Shown here in pieces: positions 61,970 to 64,000 of a stretch of 64,000 nucleotides of DNA. The translations under genes were made by a program, and so were the position numbers. Position 1 is the stretch's first letter. Every line of letters starts with the position of its first letter. Source of the DNA: Parcubacteria group bacterium Gr01-1014_38 (lineage in GTDB: Bacteria; Patescibacteriota; Andersenbacteria; UBA10190; CAIZMI01); NCBI GenBank assembly GCA_007376145.1, contig VMFP01000002.1, positions 8,679 to 72,678 of the forward strand, written 5' to 3'. A model generated the notes under the pieces. The model searched no databases, had not been told where the DNA came from, and saw nothing but the letters and a program-made list of their open reading frames with translations.

Positions 61970-62782
61970 GTGAGAAACATTTCGTGGTATGGTGACGAGG
62001 TGCGGAGGCGGCTTCGAAAACAGCTCACCGTCGTTGCCGTGCTGGCAGCAGGACTTGGAGGCCTCATCGCCCTCGTCGTCGTGATCGTGTATGAGCCTCC
62101 TCCTCCTCCTCCGCCTCCCCCGCCGTCGTACCAAGATCTTGTCGTCCGCAGTGCCGGGCTGCTCCGCCAGGATTCCGGCGACCGCGCGGACCTCTATGCG
62201 ATCGTGCGGAATCCGAACGCGAATGCAGGCGTGCGCGCCGTGGACTACGCCTTCGAAGTGCGCGCTCAAGGACAGTCGGTGGCGCGGATCCCTGGGAGAA
62301 CATACTTCATGCCCGGTCAGGAGAAACCCATCGTGGCGCTGTATGAGACTGTGCCACCGGGAGGCAGGGAAGTCACGATCAATGTTGGGACTCCCGATTG
62401 GGTCGCCGTGGAACCGGGCTTTCGGCCTCCATCCTTCGTTCCGGTGAGCCGCACGGCTGCGGTCCGCGAGGGACAACCGCCGCTCTACGAGGTCAAGGCG
62501 GTCCTTGCGAATGAATCAACACTCGATTATTTGACCGTCGAAGTCACCGCCCTCGGTCTCGATGCCGACGGAGCCATCATCGGTGCGGGACGCACCTTCG
62601 TCGGTTCGCTCCGCTCCGGAGAGCGACGGGAGTTGACCGTGTCCTGGCCGCTCCCTCCCGGACGGGAGGTCAAAGAGGTTCGGCTCATCCCCGAGGTCAA
62701 CGTATTCTCAAAAGCCGCTGTCCAGCCACGTCCGGGCATTCCGGGGTTAGAACCACGGCCGACGAGCGCGCCGCGCCAATGA
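61970..62782 (+). CDS. Membrane-anchored protein with a 10-Pro linker and a beta-rich ectodomain. Hypothetical.
   Basis: GTG start gives MRNISWYGDEVRRRLRKQLTVVAVLAAGLGGLIALVVVIVYEPPPPPPPPPPSY. The track ORF's 5' end overlaps dnaE. Confidence 0.4.
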   Translation: MRNISWYGDEVRRRLRKQLTVVAVLAAGLGGLIALVVVIVYEPPPPPPPPPPSYQDLVVRSAGLLRQDSGDRADLYAIVRNPNANAGVRAVDYAFEVRAQGQSVARIPGRTYFMPGQEKPIVALYETVPPGGREVTINVGTPDWVAVEPGFRPPSFVPVSRTAAVREGQPPLYEVKAVLANESTLDYLTVEVTALGLDADGAIIGAGRTFVGSLRSGERRELTVSWPLPPGREVKEVRLIPEVNVFSKAAVQPRPGIPGLEPRPTSAPRQ

Positions 62783-62864
62783 ACCGGTCCGAAAAAGACT
62801 CGCCCGCGTGCTCGGCGGGGCATTGTTCCGTATACTCATGCTGTTCTTCCCTTGAGCGGAACTG

Positions 62865-63998
62865 ATGCGCCTGCCGACCATTCTCCGACGCGTTGATTGG
62901 GCACTCGTCGCGAGCGCGCTTCTCCTCGCGCTCCTTGGAGTTGTGCTCTTAAGCACCGCGGGGGAAACCACGGGCGCCCGTGCGCTCGCGGTGCGCCAAG
63001 CGCTCTTTGCGGCCGTGGGAATCGCTCTCGTGTTTCTCCTCGGGAGCGTGCACTACAGTGTCTTTCGGACCCTCGCTGGTCCCCTCTACGTCGTCGTGCT
63101 GCTCTTGGTGGTGCTCACCCTCGTGCAGGAGCATCGGATCCGAGGCGTGGCGGCCTGGCTCGTCGTTGGAGGGGCGCAGCTCCAACCGTCGGAGCTCCTG
63201 AAGGTGGCGCTGGTCCTTGTCTTGGCGCGCTTGAGCGGGGAAAGTTCAACGCCGTGGCTCTCCGGTCGCCGGTTGCTCTCCGCGATCGCGGTCGTCGGTC
63301 TTCCCATCGTTCTCGTGCTCCGGCAGCCAGACCTCGGCATGGCTGTGCTTCTCATGCTCATTTCCTTGGGCATGATCCTCGTGGCCGGTCTATCGCGGGC
63401 ACAGAAGATCGCTCTGGGCGCTCTCGCACTCCTCGCCGGCTTCCTGGCGTGGGAAGTATTCTTCGCGGACTATCAGAAAGAGCGCATCCTCGTCTTTCTC
63501 AACCCGCAGCGTGATCCACTCGGCTCCGGGTACACGGCGCTGCAAGCCCGAACGGCCTTTGGCAGCGGCGGGATCCTCGGGCGCGGCTTGGGGTGGGGTC
63601 CCCAGAGCCGCTTAAATTTTCTTCCCGAAGCGCATACGGACTTCGTGTTCGCGCGGATCGGGGAGGAACTCGGTCTCGTCGGTGTGGTGATCGTCCTCGC
63701 GCTCTTCGGGGTACTCTTCAGCCGTCTTCTCCGTGCGGCGCAGCGCACCTCCGATGCCTTTGGGCGATCGCTGGCGGTGGGAAGTTTACTCACGATGCTC
63801 GTCGGCCTGGCGGTGAACGCGGGAATGAACATCGGGCTTCTTCCCGTCACGGGCGTGCCGCTGCCGTTTGTTTCGTATGGGGGCAGTAATCTCCTTGCTT
63901 CGTCCCTCCTCCTCGGGCTCTCCTTGAGCGTCGTGGTGCACGGCGAGCGGTGGGAAGGCATCACCGCGGAAAGCGCCCTCATCGAGGCGCAGACGTAA
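62865..63998 (+). CDS. SEDS family peptidoglycan glycosyltransferase (FtsW/RodA)
   Basis: 10-TM topology and the conserved C-terminal motif GLLPVTGVPLPFVSYGGSN. Confidence 0.8.
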   Translation: MRLPTILRRVDWALVASALLLALLGVVLLSTAGETTGARALAVRQALFAAVGIALVFLLGSVHYSVFRTLAGPLYVVVLLLVVLTLVQEHRIRGVAAWLVVGGAQLQPSELLKVALVLVLARLSGESSTPWLSGRRLLSAIAVVGLPIVLVLRQPDLGMAVLLMLISLGMILVAGLSRAQKIALGALALLAGFLAWEVFFADYQKERILVFLNPQRDPLGSGYTALQARTAFGSGGILGRGLGWGPQSRLNFLPEAHTDFVFARIGEELGLVGVVIVLALFGVLFSRLLRAAQRTSDAFGRSLAVGSLLTMLVGLAVNAGMNIGLLPVTGVPLPFVSYGGSNLLASSLLLGLSLSVVVHGERWEGITAESALIEAQT

Positions 63999-64000
63999 AA

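Overview
This is a high-GC (~65%) bacterial chromosomal segment that is densely packed with housekeeping genes. The threonyl-tRNA synthetase lacks its N-terminal editing domains, the phenylalanyl-tRNA synthetase beta subunit lacks the N-terminal tRNA-binding domain, and gatB is separated from gatCA. The type IV pilus locus has no PilQ secretin. Together these fit a reduced-genome lineage, possibly CPR/Patescibacteria, but that is an inference.

Main content, in order:
- A partial threonine-synthase-like PLP enzyme, tag, and tRNA-Lys(CTT), with a low-GC restriction-modification island beside the tRNA.
- comFC, clpC and recX.
- A complete type IV pilus cluster: pilM, pilN, pilO, pilB, a response regulator, pilT, pilC, the major pilin, pilD, three minor pilins and a PilX-like gene.
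- ligA and gatCA.
- A membrane protein with a run of 30 prolines.
- gpmI and two tRNA-Met(CAT) genes, one with initiator-like features.
- A ~3.2 kb low-GC island with four uncharacterised genes and a LAGLIDADG homing endonuclease whose stop codon lies inside tRNA-Asp(GTC).
- A cluster of membrane and secreted proteins: GT39-like, CAP domain, DUF362-like, Cys/His-rich secreted, and M23 peptidase.
- A tentatively ThyX-like 580-aa protein, pheST, and a small protein plus retropepsin-like protease pair.
- gyrB, a GNAT acetyltransferase, and secE-nusG, followed by a foreign 298-aa gene inserted before rplK-rplA.
- A MazG-like protein, tmk and gatB.
- miaA, the truncated thrS, a LigT-like 2H phosphoesterase and an inositol monophosphatase.
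- dnaE, a second polyproline membrane protein, and ftsW/rodA.

Many long ORFs in the six-frame track run antisense to these genes and are GC-driven artefacts. tRNA coordinates near 27.9 kb may be off by 1 nt, because the displayed sequence and the ORF track disagree there by one base.
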